A stretch of 64,000 nucleotides of DNA, taken from IMG/VR virus record IMGVR_UViG_3300031993_000021, one strand, 5' to 3'. The DNA comes from a virus. Taxonomy: Duplodnaviria > Heunggongvirae > Uroviricota > Caudoviricetes. The stretch's first letter is position 1; the number at the start of each line of letters is the position of its first letter. Shown here piece by piece: positions 8,960 to 19,172 of this stretch. Position numbers and translations under genes: made by a program. The notes beneath the pieces are model-generated. The model was not told where the DNA came from, ran no database searches, and worked only from the letters and a program-made list of their open reading frames with translations.

Positions 8960-10780
8960 TTGACGGTGCAAGGAACACCATTCTCTTACAAAATGGGTGG
9001 TTTAGAAAAGGATATTATGGCATCTAATGACCTTATTAGAGCTTTTGAAAGTTATAAAAACTATTATGACAGGCACGGAGCGGATGAATCTTTGGTAAAT
9101 GCCTGCATAGAAGCTGCTAAGACCGCGTTTTTTATTGAAAAGGATGAAAAATACGGTCTTGGCATCACATCCGCTACAAAAGACTATATAAACGAGATAG
9201 TAAAAACAAAAACAGGAGCAGGATTCTTTGATCTTGAGAGATATGCGATAGCCCATGATATTGAGTACTCGATAATCAATTCCGGATACGATGTCTACAG
9301 GCTAGAATCATTTTCAAGGTTTGAATCCTACATGCTCTACATTGAACGCGACAGGAGGCAGGAAAAGAGGTTTTATCTGCCAAGAAGGTGCACTCTTAAG
9401 GTAGTTGCGAATGATATGCAGCGCCTTGAGGATGATGAGCTTGATGTATATGGGCTTAGCTTGCCATCGAGAACGGGAAAGTCATCGATTTGTATCTTTT
9501 TCCTTTCGTGGGTAGGAGTAAGGAAGCCAAACAGTCATAACGCGATGGGCGGGCATTCAGGACAGCTGGCAAAGAGATTCTTTAGAGGGCTTGATAACAT
9601 AATCGAGACACCGGATTATCGATATGATGAGGTATTTCATCTTTGGAATCCGACATATCGAGCTGTATTGCAGGCAAAATCATCCGATCCAGCTGAATTT
9701 ACATTAAACCTTGGTTCACCTGATGAATTTGCGACATTTACCTGTCGAGGAGTAGACGGAACATGGACAGGTGCTATCGATGTATCGTCTGATGGCTATT
9801 TATACGTGGATGACCTTATCCGAGATAGAGAACATTCACTTAGTCCTTCGCGAGTAGAGAATACGTACCAGGAATACCAGAACAAGATGCTTGACCGTAT
9901 GAATGACGGTGCGAAGAAGATGCTTGTTGGTACTTTATGGACGGTAAATGATCCGCTTGAGCGTGAGAGAAAGCTTAATGATGGCAACCCAAGGGCGTTA
10001 TTTAGAAAGATACCTGCTCTTAACGAGAATGATGAGAGTAATTTCCAGTATACGACCAAGGGATTCTCTACTCAGTACTATAGGGATATGAGAGACAGAC
10101 TTGATAAGGCTGAATGGATGGCTAAATTCCAACAACAGCCTTTTGTTCGAGAAGGTCTTACGTATCCTATCGAGGAGCTTAGGTTCTTTGATGGTTTCTT
10201 ACCTGTTGGGAACTGTTCGACTATCGCGCATATAGACGTTGCATTTGGTGGCGGAGACAGGCTTTCAATGCCGATATGCAAGGATTTTGGCGAAGAGAAG
10301 AAGTATATCGTTGGTTGGATACATGACAGTCGTTCACCCGGATTTACAGTGCCAAGGGTTGTAGATGCGATTGATAGGTACTATATAACAAAGCTCTTTA
10401 TAGAGAAGAACTCAGGCGGACAGCTCTATGCAGAGAAAGTATCTGAAGAAATGAAGAACAGGGGCATAAACCATTGTAAGATTGAGCTTTATTCCGCGCC
10501 TAACAAGATTTCGAAAAATGACAAGATAAGCGGATATTCAGACTTTGTAAAGCGTAATTTCCTGTTCTTATCGCCTAAAAGCCGTGATTTTTACGAAGAA
10601 GATATAGATTATTACAAAGCAGATGCCGACTACCGCAAGGCACTAGATGAGATGACAACATTCAGTATTGAGGGAAAGGGAAGACAGTTTGATGATTCAC
10701 CGGATTCCATATCATCACTTGCGATGAAGATGGATAACAGGCGGTCAACAAAAGCAAGGATAATGAGTTCACCGATATGA
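8960..10780 (+). CDS. terL: terminase large subunit
   Basis: ATPase region (PSRTGKSS Walker A-like, LYVDDL Walker B); C-terminal RNaseH-like nuclease region (DVAFGGGDRLSM); position immediately upstream of portal. Start uncertain (TTG at 8960 or ATG at 9017). Confidence 0.65.
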   Translation: MTVQGTPFSYKMGGLEKDIMASNDLIRAFESYKNYYDRHGADESLVNACIEAAKTAFFIEKDEKYGLGITSATKDYINEIVKTKTGAGFFDLERYAIAHDIEYSIINSGYDVYRLESFSRFESYMLYIERDRRQEKRFYLPRRCTLKVVANDMQRLEDDELDVYGLSLPSRTGKSSICIFFLSWVGVRKPNSHNAMGGHSGQLAKRFFRGLDNIIETPDYRYDEVFHLWNPTYRAVLQAKSSDPAEFTLNLGSPDEFATFTCRGVDGTWTGAIDVSSDGYLYVDDLIRDREHSLSPSRVENTYQEYQNKMLDRMNDGAKKMLVGTLWTVNDPLERERKLNDGNPRALFRKIPALNENDESNFQYTTKGFSTQYYRDMRDRLDKAEWMAKFQQQPFVREGLTYPIEELRFFDGFLPVGNCSTIAHIDVAFGGGDRLSMPICKDFGEEKKYIVGWIHDSRSPGFTVPRVVDAIDRYYITKLFIEKNSGGQLYAEKVSEEMKNRGINHCKIELYSAPNKISKNDKISGYSDFVKRNFLFLSPKSRDFYEEDIDYYKADADYRKALDEMTTFSIEGKGRQFDDSPDSISSLAMKMDNRRSTKARIMSSPI

Positions 10781-11148
10781 GTTTGAATGAAAAAACGGTT
10801 GACGAAAAAACATTTAAAGAATGTTGTGACCTAATGCTAAGCGGTAGGATGCACCCAGATGTAGCAGCATATCTTACAGGATTATCAAGACCTACGTTTT
10901 ATAAGAGGGTGAACCAATATTATGATCCTGAAAGGTATGGGGAATTGCCTGAAGATTTCTTCTCTGGAAGAAAGAAGGTTTGGAAAGAGAACACTGGGTG
11001 GATAAAAGATAGTGTAGCAATAAAGAGATATCTTGAGAATCAAGAAATAAAGCAAAAACGTAAGATGGAGAGGCGCGAGAGATTGAAGGAAGAGTTGAGA
11101 AGGAATAAGGCTGTAAAAGCTGATAAACTTCCCAGATTGGAGGATTGA
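10777..11148 (+). CDS. hypothetical HTH protein
   Basis: AAYLTGLSRPTFYKRV HTH; overlapping start with terL stop. Confidence 0.35.
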   Translation: MSLNEKTVDEKTFKECCDLMLSGRMHPDVAAYLTGLSRPTFYKRVNQYYDPERYGELPEDFFSGRKKVWKENTGWIKDSVAIKRYLENQEIKQKRKMERRERLKEELRRNKAVKADKLPRLED

Positions 11149-11293
11149 TGGCAATTATATTCAAAACAGCTGTGAGCGTAGTTGCGCTTGCTATAATGGG
11201 ACTTCTTATAGCAGTGGGGACCAAAAGTGATGACACAGGAAAGATAGTTGCGAACACATTACTTCTCATCTATGGACTCTGTATCTTGGCTAT

Positions 11294-11716
11294 GTGGGTG
11301 TGATTATGAATAAGAGAAAATTGGACAAATACAATATCAATAAATTCAGATATAGGGAACTATGTGCATTTTGTCTTCAGTATCAGGACTGGAAAGATGA
11401 GCTGAGCAACAATGTCTATTTTTCAGCTATACAATATGATGGGGCAAAGCCAACTAACCATCAGACTTCTGATACTACAGCAAAACATGCCATAAGAATG
11501 CTTAAACTTAAGAGAAATTGTGAACTTATAGAGAAATGTGCAAAAGAAGCCACAGCAAAAACCGGTGGAGAGATATGGAGATACATCATAAAGAATGTCT
11601 GTTTTGAGGTTTCGTACAGATATATGAAAACATATGATGAGATTCCTATCGAGAGAGCGACATTTTTCTCTTATAAGAGGTATTTTTTCTATCTTTTAGA
11701 TCAGGAGAAAGATTAA
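11294..11716 (+). CDS. hypothetical protein
   Basis: ORF ending at a bidirectional terminator. Confidence 0.35.
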   Translation: MGVIMNKRKLDKYNINKFRYRELCAFCLQYQDWKDELSNNVYFSAIQYDGAKPTNHQTSDTTAKHAIRMLKLKRNCELIEKCAKEATAKTGGEIWRYIIKNVCFEVSYRYMKTYDEIPIERATFFSYKRYFFYLLDQEKD

Positions 11717-11745
11717 GGGCATCTGCAAATGCAGTGCCCTTTTTT
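11715..11745. terminator. bidirectional terminator hairpin
   Basis: GGGCATCTGCA / TGCAGTGCCC stem followed by TTTTTT; sits between convergent genes. Confidence 0.55.
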
Positions 11746-11747
11746 AA

Positions 11748-12065
11748 TTAAGCATAATTTGGTGGTGATACGCTAATCTTTTTAGTAGGATTCGTATTAT
11801 ATTTGGCATTTTTACGTATCCAATCCATCGTTTTTCCATTTTTTATAAATTTATTTTTTTCTGCATCGCTAAGATGAGCAGGAGCCACACCTTTTGCCTT
11901 GGCATATTCTTTAAGTCCCTTATAATCTATCTTCACCTTTGGAATTTGGCTCAAAGATATAGGCTGAGGCATGGTTTTTAGTATTTCATTGTATTTTTTA
12001 TAATTCATCATCTGACCATTCATAATTATATTTCTCCAAAATCTTAATAGCTGCATTGTCGGCAA
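11748..12065 (-). CDS. hypothetical protein (moron, partner of GNAT-like gene)
   Basis: minus-strand ORF overlapping the upstream GNAT-like ORF by 68 nt. Confidence 0.35.
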   Translation of the reverse strand: MPTMQLLRFWRNIIMNGQMMNYKKYNEILKTMPQPISLSQIPKVKIDYKGLKEYAKAKGVAPAHLSDAEKNKFIKNGKTMDWIRKNAKYNTNPTKKISVSPPNYA

Positions 12066-12543
12066 TCATAAAATGAAATTCGTGAAGAAAACCGATATGG
12101 TCCGCTCCAAAATATTCAATATACTGTTCAAGACGTTGTCTACTATTAGCAATGCCAAATATAGCACCACCAAAGTTGTAATAGATTGATCTTTGGATTG
12201 CAACAGCAAAAAGATGACCGCCGACTCCACCATATTTAGGAGATTCGACTATTTCTCGATTGTTATGAGGAGCGGCTACAATCCATGCAACATATAGTGC
12301 ACCAGACTCATCATCGGCTCCAACAGCAACAAGTCCTTGAATATCAACGGTCCCTTTAATTACTAAAGCGAAAATTTCATATTCATCAGCTAATTTTGCC
12401 CAATTAGTATACCAACCATTTTTCTTATTGTATTTATTTAAGAAACTTTTGCGACTAACCCTTAAAACTTCTGTTTCAACTAATTCCCCTGTCAATAAAT
12501 CTTTTAGGCAGGGTGTGAACATGTCAATATCTACTGTTATCAT
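11998..12543 (-). CDS. GNAT-fold acetyltransferase-like protein (moron)
   Basis: KYGGVGGHLFAVAIQ resembles GNAT motif A (R/QxxGxG/A); opposite strand to the structural operon; own AT-rich upstream region. Confidence 0.4.
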   Translation of the reverse strand: MITVDIDMFTPCLKDLLTGELVETEVLRVSRKSFLNKYNKKNGWYTNWAKLADEYEIFALVIKGTVDIQGLVAVGADDESGALYVAWIVAAPHNNREIVESPKYGGVGGHLFAVAIQRSIYYNFGGAIFGIANSRQRLEQYIEYFGADHIGFLHEFHFMIADNAAIKILEKYNYEWSDDEL

Positions 12544-12721
12544 GTAAAATCCTTCTTTGTTTGGTCTAATTTAAGTATAACAGATTAAACATTTTATTCA
12601 ATTGCACTAAGATTATAAAAATATTAAAAATGTAGACTTTTTTAGGTAACTTTGGATATAAAATGATAGTGTAAAATAGTTTAAGTGAAAACAGAGCCTA
12701 TAGGGCATAGAAAATACAGCA

Positions 12722-12748
12722 AGCTTTACCTTCGGGTAGGGCTTTTTT
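12722..12748 (+). terminator. hairpin (TTCG tetraloop) plus T-run upstream of portal gene
   Basis: CTTTACC TTCG GGTAGGG followed by TTTTTT. Confidence 0.35.
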
Positions 12749-12761
12749 ATATGGTGAAAAT

Positions 12762-14309
12762 ATGGGCGGTAGAAAAAAGATAATGACCGATGTACCGGTC
12801 GTTACTGCTGACAACATAATATCGATTATTCAAAAAGCAATCGGTGAGCATAGAGAAAACGCCGCTAAGATACAGGAATTGTTTGATTTCGAAGAAGGAT
12901 TTCAGCCGCTTCAGAGAGTAAAGATGTATCGAAGCGACATTGACATAGATGTGACTGATAACATTGCAAATGAGATTGTAGAGTTTAAGGTTGCTTTGAA
13001 CTATGGGAATCCCATTTCTTTTAAGAAGCGCGGTCCTGTAGATGGGATGATTGAAGCAATCCAGATGTGGAATGACCAGTATTTCCTTACGGATTCCGAT
13101 TCAAGCAATCAGGAACTTGCAAGAAACTTTGAGATTTGTGGTATCGGAAATGTATTTATAGATATAAACACCGATTATGAGGAAGGCGATTCCTATTATA
13201 CAAGGACAGTCTTAAATCCAAAGACTTCTTTTGTTATCTATTCATCATATTACTATGACCGTAGACCGATGGTAGGTGTAACCTTCCGAAGGGATGAAGA
13301 TAAAGTAATACATTATACGGCTTTTACAAAAGATTTTAGGTTTGAGATAAAAAATTGGATGATACTGAATCCCGGAGAAGAAAGAGATATTTGGGAACAT
13401 GAAAACAGGAGCGGCGAGGAAAATCCGCTTCATGCGATACCGATTATTGAGTATTTTAGAAGTTATGACAGGATGGGATGCTTTGAAAGACAGATTCCTG
13501 CCATGAACAACCTTAATCTTCTTGTTTCTGACTTCTCAAACGACGTGGACCAGAACACACAGGTAGTATGGTGGGCAAATGATTGTGAATTTGAAACCGT
13601 ACAGGTCGTTAATGACGATGGAACTATTACTGAGAAGATAAAACATCCAAAGTCGAATGAATGGCTTCAGACATTCACATCAAGGGATGGCAAGATACCA
13701 AAAGTTCAGCCACTTACTGTTAATTACGATTATGCAGGAATGCTGAACAACTATATCACTCAGAGAGCTTTGATACTCCAAAAGTGTAACGTGCCTCAGA
13801 GGAATGATAATTCCGGAGGAAGCACGGGCGTAGCCATGAGCGATGCGACAGGATGGAGTGCAGCTGATATTGCGGCTAATAAAGAAGAGATGATTATCTC
13901 TAAGAGCATCAGACAGGAGATAAAAGTCATCTGTGCTGCAATAAGAGAGAGTGAATGTCCTTTGGATAGCCCGCTCAGAAAAATAAAGCCATCTGATATT
14001 GAGCCAAGTATAAAGAGACAGAAGAATTATGAACTTTCAGTAAAGACAACGGCAATATCTAATCTGATTAACATTGGATTTAGCTTGGAAGATACGCTTG
14101 ATGCTGTTCCGTTATTCCCTGATCCAGCGCAGGTTATTGAGCGCAGTAAAGAGGGAGTAGAAGCATATCAGGAAACAAAGCTAAAACAGTCTGAAAAAAG
14201 TGAAGAAGACAATGCGACACCTGGTTCAGACGATCCGATTTACCAGATTGAAAACAGCCCAAATATAGATGGAATGAGCATGGATAATGGCGAAGAGGAT
14301 GAAGATTGA
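12762..14309 (+). CDS. portal protein (SPP1 gp6-like)
   Basis: 515 aa, position after TerL, acidic C-terminus; portal-like N-terminal region. Confidence 0.65.
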   Translation: MGGRKKIMTDVPVVTADNIISIIQKAIGEHRENAAKIQELFDFEEGFQPLQRVKMYRSDIDIDVTDNIANEIVEFKVALNYGNPISFKKRGPVDGMIEAIQMWNDQYFLTDSDSSNQELARNFEICGIGNVFIDINTDYEEGDSYYTRTVLNPKTSFVIYSSYYYDRRPMVGVTFRRDEDKVIHYTAFTKDFRFEIKNWMILNPGEERDIWEHENRSGEENPLHAIPIIEYFRSYDRMGCFERQIPAMNNLNLLVSDFSNDVDQNTQVVWWANDCEFETVQVVNDDGTITEKIKHPKSNEWLQTFTSRDGKIPKVQPLTVNYDYAGMLNNYITQRALILQKCNVPQRNDNSGGSTGVAMSDATGWSAADIAANKEEMIISKSIRQEIKVICAAIRESECPLDSPLRKIKPSDIEPSIKRQKNYELSVKTTAISNLINIGFSLEDTLDAVPLFPDPAQVIERSKEGVEAYQETKLKQSEKSEEDNATPGSDDPIYQIENSPNIDGMSMDNGEEDED

Positions 14310-14943
14310 TGAACTTAATATCTTAAACAGTGAGAATACGCTTGAAGAAGAATCTTTTGATTACAAAGATTACATGGAGCATTACTTTGATACCATGCAG
14401 ATAAGCGCAAGACAGAAAAGAGAGCGTATTGAAGAAGCGGAAGAAATATTTGATGCTATCTTGCTGTTTTTGATATGGTGTGAAGAGAATCCAGAGAACG
14501 TGCAAAGAGAAGATACTAAGCGCGAGATGGGAAATCTTTACAAAGAAGTCATCTTTCAGAATGTAGAGCCTGATGATTTCGTTGATACCTATGTTCTTTT
14601 TTTTATAAACAATCTTGTAGAGGTAACAACAGAAAACCAAGGTGATGAATACTTTACTTCTGTTGAAAGAGCCACAAAGATTGCTTGTAATGAAGCAAAT
14701 AGTGTTATCAATTACTCAGAGCTGCAAAAAGCTATTGAACAGGGATATACCTACAAACAATGGCATACAGAACTTGATGAGAAGGTACGTGTAACCCATC
14801 AGGACATGGAAGGTGTTACGATACCGATAAAACAGCCATTTGCTGTAGGTGGTTCTTTGATGATGATGCCACACGATATAACATTGGGAGCGGATGCGAA
14901 AGAGATAGTTAATTGTAGATGTTCCCTTACTTATCTTGATTAG
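14287..14943 (+). CDS. head morphogenesis protein (SPP1 gp7 / Mu F-like)
   Basis: VRVTHQDMEGV ... PHD ... NCRCSL motifs typical of the gp7/F family; overlaps the portal stop. Confidence 0.7.
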   Translation: MAKRMKIDELNILNSENTLEEESFDYKDYMEHYFDTMQISARQKRERIEEAEEIFDAILLFLIWCEENPENVQREDTKREMGNLYKEVIFQNVEPDDFVDTYVLFFINNLVEVTTENQGDEYFTSVERATKIACNEANSVINYSELQKAIEQGYTYKQWHTELDEKVRVTHQDMEGVTIPIKQPFAVGGSLMMMPHDITLGADAKEIVNCRCSLTYLD

Positions 14944-14956
14944 GGAAAAATTACGA

Positions 14957-14986
14957 AAGCTGTGATGTAGATCATGGCTTTTTTTG
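14957..14986 (+). terminator. rho-independent terminator after head morphogenesis gene
   Basis: AGCTGTGAT gtag ATCATGGCT stem followed by TTTTTTT. Confidence 0.5.
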
Positions 14987-15008
14987 TTGTCAAAAAGGAG
15001 AAAAAGTC

Positions 15009-15197
15009 ATGATTAAGAGTATTGCAGCGAATACCGCAGACGGTGTAGGACATCTTGCATGTGATGATGCAAATGACCTTCCAAATCTTCCGAGCTATGC
15101 GAAATCAAACAACTTAAAACAGGGAACAGATTGCATCGTGATAGATACTTCTGAGGTCTACATGATGAAATCGGATTTTTCATTTAAGAAAATCTAA
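15009..15197 (+). CDS. hypothetical small protein
   Basis: ORF with GGAGAAAAAG RBS. Confidence 0.3.
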   Translation: MIKSIAANTADGVGHLACDDANDLPNLPSYAKSNNLKQGTDCIVIDTSEVYMMKSDFSFKKI

Positions 15198-15208
15198 GGA
15201 GGAAAGCT

Positions 15209-17401
15209 ATGGATATAATTTCGTATGTACTTTCCAAACGCATTGCTGAAGGGGCGGTATCAGGCGTTAGTGGTATGTCTGTAGATGGACAGACTTTAAA
15301 TATAGAGCTTAACGATGGAACACATCTTGAGATGGAATTTCCTACACCGGAAGATGGTGTTTCTATAACTGACGTTAGTGTTGATTCAAGCAAGCATCTT
15401 ATCTGCACAATGTCAGACGGAACATCTATTGATGCGGGTGAAGTACCTACTGTTAAAGGTGATGATGGTGAGCCGGGAGCGGATGGAGAAGACGGAGAAT
15501 CTGCTTATGAGATTGCTGTTGATGAAGGATATGTTGGCACTAAGGAAGAGTGGCTTTCATCTTTAAAGGGCGATGATGGCTTTTCACCTGAGATAGTAGT
15601 TAAGACAAGCACATCTGAGCAGTACATCCTTACAATCACCACAAAGGAAGGTTCTTTTGACACGCCCAACTTAAAAGGCAGCGGAGCAGAAGCTTTAGCT
15701 GACCTTGATGATGTTCAGCTTACAAGCCTTACGACAGGTCAGATTCTTAAATGGGATGGGACCAAGTGGGTAAATGAAGATGGAATAGAGATTGATTCTC
15801 TTGGAGATATTAACGATGTTGATCTTGGAACGCTTGTGGACGGACAGGTTCTTTCATGGGATGCAACAAACAGTAAGTGGGTTAATGCAGATGCAGTAAA
15901 TCCCACACAGTTTGAAACCATGCCGACAGCATCAGAATATCCCCAGGCAGTGATTCAGTATATCGGAGCTGACACAGGTACATATAAGAGAGGATACTTC
16001 TACAGGTCAAATCCTTCTGTTGAGAGCGGAAGCGTTGTTTATACATGGGGACAGATTGATGTTCAGCCAAGTAACTCAGATTATGAGCAGCTTTCAAACC
16101 TTCCACAGATTGACAGTATAGAGATTATCGGCAATAAGTCACTTGATGACTTTGGAATACAGGGGAAAGTTCAGTTTTCTACTTTACCTGCTGCAACAGT
16201 TGAGAACGCTGGAAAGATTGTTCAGTACATCGGAACAACAACAGCGGCTCTTAAGAAGGGATACTTCTATCAGTCAGCATATGACGTTGAATCAGGTGAT
16301 TATGTCTGGGTGCAGGTAGATGTATCAAGCAACAGTGCTTTAGAAAGCAGATTAGATACTGTTGAGGATAACATAGGTGATATGTCAACTCTTGAAGTTG
16401 TTGGCGTAAGTGACCTTGTTGAGGCTGCAAATGCACTTAACGCAAAAGGGCTTAGCACAATCACATATGTTGAACCTAATTTAGTTCTTACATATGCCGA
16501 TGGTTCAGTTATCCGGTTTAACGTAAGGGATTCCATCCTGGATGAAACACAGATTGGTGAACTTGCAAACGTAACCGATACAGCGATAGCAAATGGTAAC
16601 GTTTTGCAGTATGACTCAGCAATCTTAGGATACAAACCTTATGATATCGGTGCTGCACTGACAGCGCTTTTAAATTCAGCAAAAGATTACACGGACCAGG
16701 AGATAGCAGGAGCAGTTCAGGACGATGCGTTTATCGTAGATGCAAAACCTGTTTGTAGTTATGATTCCGGAGCAGATGAATATATTGTTGTTTACTATCA
16801 GAACGGCGTTGTTCATACAACAACGGATACCACAGCAAGATTCTACTATAAAGTAAGCTCTGATCCGTATTGCACATCTTGGTTTGTAACAGGAGATCCT
16901 TCAGTAGATCCAGTTGAATTTACATATCTTCTTAGTACGCCTGATTTTGATGATTATGTCAATAAGAACACGGACGTAACATCAATATATACAACCGATA
17001 TGGTTGATAAGAGCAAGATTCCTAATGTAGCAGCTCTTGATGCTCTTATGGCAATAGTTAACACAGCACTTGCACTTAAGATTAATACATCAAGCATTGT
17101 TGATTCGCTTATTTCACAGGATGCAACAAAAGTCCTGTCGGCTAATCAGGGTTATGTGATAAGTGGTCTTATTGATGATAAGAATGACCAGATGCAGTTT
17201 ACGACAATGCCAAGTGCGGATTCAACTCTTGATGGTGTTGTTTATCAGTACGTAGGAACATCAAGTCAAGCATATACAAAAGGTGCTTTCTATACATGCA
17301 CTTACGATGAAGATAATGATACATGGTATTGGAAAGAAGTAGAGTTTGCCCCGGACATGGTTGCAATTACGACAGCCGAAGTTGATGCGCTTTGGGCATA
17401 A
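15209..17401 (+). CDS. tail fiber-like protein 1 (collagen-like G-X-Y tract, three internal repeats)
   Basis: GDDGEPGADGEDGES collagen-like triplets; three copies of the TMPxAS...QY(I/V)G...Y(K/T)(K/R)G(Y/A)FY module; acidic and Ser/Thr rich. Confidence 0.55.
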   Translation: MDIISYVLSKRIAEGAVSGVSGMSVDGQTLNIELNDGTHLEMEFPTPEDGVSITDVSVDSSKHLICTMSDGTSIDAGEVPTVKGDDGEPGADGEDGESAYEIAVDEGYVGTKEEWLSSLKGDDGFSPEIVVKTSTSEQYILTITTKEGSFDTPNLKGSGAEALADLDDVQLTSLTTGQILKWDGTKWVNEDGIEIDSLGDINDVDLGTLVDGQVLSWDATNSKWVNADAVNPTQFETMPTASEYPQAVIQYIGADTGTYKRGYFYRSNPSVESGSVVYTWGQIDVQPSNSDYEQLSNLPQIDSIEIIGNKSLDDFGIQGKVQFSTLPAATVENAGKIVQYIGTTTAALKKGYFYQSAYDVESGDYVWVQVDVSSNSALESRLDTVEDNIGDMSTLEVVGVSDLVEAANALNAKGLSTITYVEPNLVLTYADGSVIRFNVRDSILDETQIGELANVTDTAIANGNVLQYDSAILGYKPYDIGAALTALLNSAKDYTDQEIAGAVQDDAFIVDAKPVCSYDSGADEYIVVYYQNGVVHTTTDTTARFYYKVSSDPYCTSWFVTGDPSVDPVEFTYLLSTPDFDDYVNKNTDVTSIYTTDMVDKSKIPNVAALDALMAIVNTALALKINTSSIVDSLISQDATKVLSANQGYVISGLIDDKNDQMQFTTMPSADSTLDGVVYQYVGTSSQAYTKGAFYTCTYDEDNDTWYWKEVEFAPDMVAITTAEVDALWA

Positions 17402-17412
17402 GGAGATAAAAA

Positions 17413-19122
17413 ATGAGCTTAAAATATGCTGATGAGACAACTTTACAGGAAATGGTCGTAAAGACTAAACAACATGTTGAGTCAGTTCGTTCTACGCTAG
17501 ACTTAGCTAAACAGAACAAGATGGAATTAGCCACAATGCCGCAAGCCTCAGAGGATTATCTGGGGCTTGTAGTTATTTATACAGGTGTTACTAATTCCAC
17601 ATACACACACGGATATATTTACGAATGTGTTTCTGATGGTGGAGATCCCGCTACATATTCTTGGCAGCAGATTACCGTTCAGGATAGTGTGCAGGTTGAT
17701 GGTACTACTATTGTCAAAGACAGTCAGACAGATATTATCTCGGCAGCTGTTGCTACAAACAATACTGTTGGCGTAGTTAAGAGCGGTGATGGAACAAGTA
17801 TCGCGGCAAACGGTGGAGTAGATGTAACAGATAGGCTGAGAGAAGAGTATGTTGATGATCCTGGAAGCACCGTTCAAGACGTGGGCAGATTTGCTTTAAA
17901 TACAACTGAACACGGCGATTATAAGAAGGGCGGTATTTATCAGCTTGTAAGTACTCAGGTTACTCCTGTGGGAACAGAAAATCCCAGTGATGAGGGCTGG
18001 TATGAATATGACAGCACAAATCAGGAATATGAGTTATCTGAAGATGTTACAGTAGATGTTCAAAAGACATACTACACAATCGCATGGGTTTTAGTAAGCG
18101 CCAATTCAACAGAGTTTGATAGCGATGATTTTGATGTGGTCGGTGATAATGTAAGCCTTGACGTGTCTCAGAGAACATTCACAGGAACAAGAGATGAGTG
18201 GGATACATTAAGTAGCTCAGAAAAAGCACTCTACAAGCAAGTTGCACTTACTGATGATGAGGTTGCTTCACACGCTGATACCGATAATGAAATTGCAGAT
18301 ATGAATAATATCTTAGGTGCGAAGAATCTTTTGCCTGTAACAATGGTTTCGCAAGTTTTATCCGGAATTACATTTACTGTGGATGCTTCAAGCGGAGTAA
18401 TAAGCGTAAGTGGAAGCAATTCTGGAAGTCCTTTTAGTGATGTTCTTGGAATAACTACACTAACTCCTGGAACATATAAAGTGACAACAGGACAGACACC
18501 TGAGTTAAATGCACAGATTGGAATAGCTATAACGGATGCTTCTTCTGGAACAATTATAGCGCGTAGTTGGAATGGAACTGAAGTTTTTACAATTTCTTCA
18601 AACACTCAAGTGAGATTTCATATAGAAGTAAATGTTACAGGAGCAATCACTTCAACAGTCGTTTATCCAATGTGTAGACCTTTATCAATTAAAGATGAGA
18701 AATATGTGCCATATGCACCGACTAACCGAGCGTTGACTTTGCGAGTTAGCAGTTTTGAAAAAAAGTTTAATACTCAAGTTAGTATGACCGTCCAACCAAA
18801 TACGACATATTTTAATGCCGCTTCGTCTCAAAGTTGCGCAGCATTAAAAATCGGTTATCTTGTTGTGATGAACTTAGTTTTATCAGTTAAAGATAACGTG
18901 ACGGTTCCTGCTGGCACATTAGCATGCACTATTACCAATGTTGGAGCAATAAGCGCTAACAGCTCGATTTTCCTCGGAGGTAATGGTACATCAAACATCA
19001 CAAGGTTAATGCTTAGGAGAAATCAATCAAATTCCGATAATCTTGATGTTTACTTTATCGATTCTTATAGTAATAGTTCAATGAGAGCATCGCTTGTATT
19101 TATGGTCAATACTATTGTTTGA
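17413..19122 (+). CDS. tail fiber / receptor-binding protein 2
   Basis: Shares the TMPQASE...Y.HGYIYEC module with fiber 1. Shares the central NNILGAKNLLP...GITFTVDASSGVISVSG and VYPMCRPLSIKDEKYVPYAPTN blocks with fiber 3. Confidence 0.55.
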   Translation: MSLKYADETTLQEMVVKTKQHVESVRSTLDLAKQNKMELATMPQASEDYLGLVVIYTGVTNSTYTHGYIYECVSDGGDPATYSWQQITVQDSVQVDGTTIVKDSQTDIISAAVATNNTVGVVKSGDGTSIAANGGVDVTDRLREEYVDDPGSTVQDVGRFALNTTEHGDYKKGGIYQLVSTQVTPVGTENPSDEGWYEYDSTNQEYELSEDVTVDVQKTYYTIAWVLVSANSTEFDSDDFDVVGDNVSLDVSQRTFTGTRDEWDTLSSSEKALYKQVALTDDEVASHADTDNEIADMNNILGAKNLLPVTMVSQVLSGITFTVDASSGVISVSGSNSGSPFSDVLGITTLTPGTYKVTTGQTPELNAQIGIAITDASSGTIIARSWNGTEVFTISSNTQVRFHIEVNVTGAITSTVVYPMCRPLSIKDEKYVPYAPTNRALTLRVSSFEKKFNTQVSMTVQPNTTYFNAASSQSCAALKIGYLVVMNLVLSVKDNVTVPAGTLACTITNVGAISANSSIFLGGNGTSNITRLMLRRNQSNSDNLDVYFIDSYSNSSMRASLVFMVNTIV

Positions 19123-19172
19123 TTGATGCATTTTATAAACATTGAGACCACGAGTTTAGGAAGGAGAGAACA

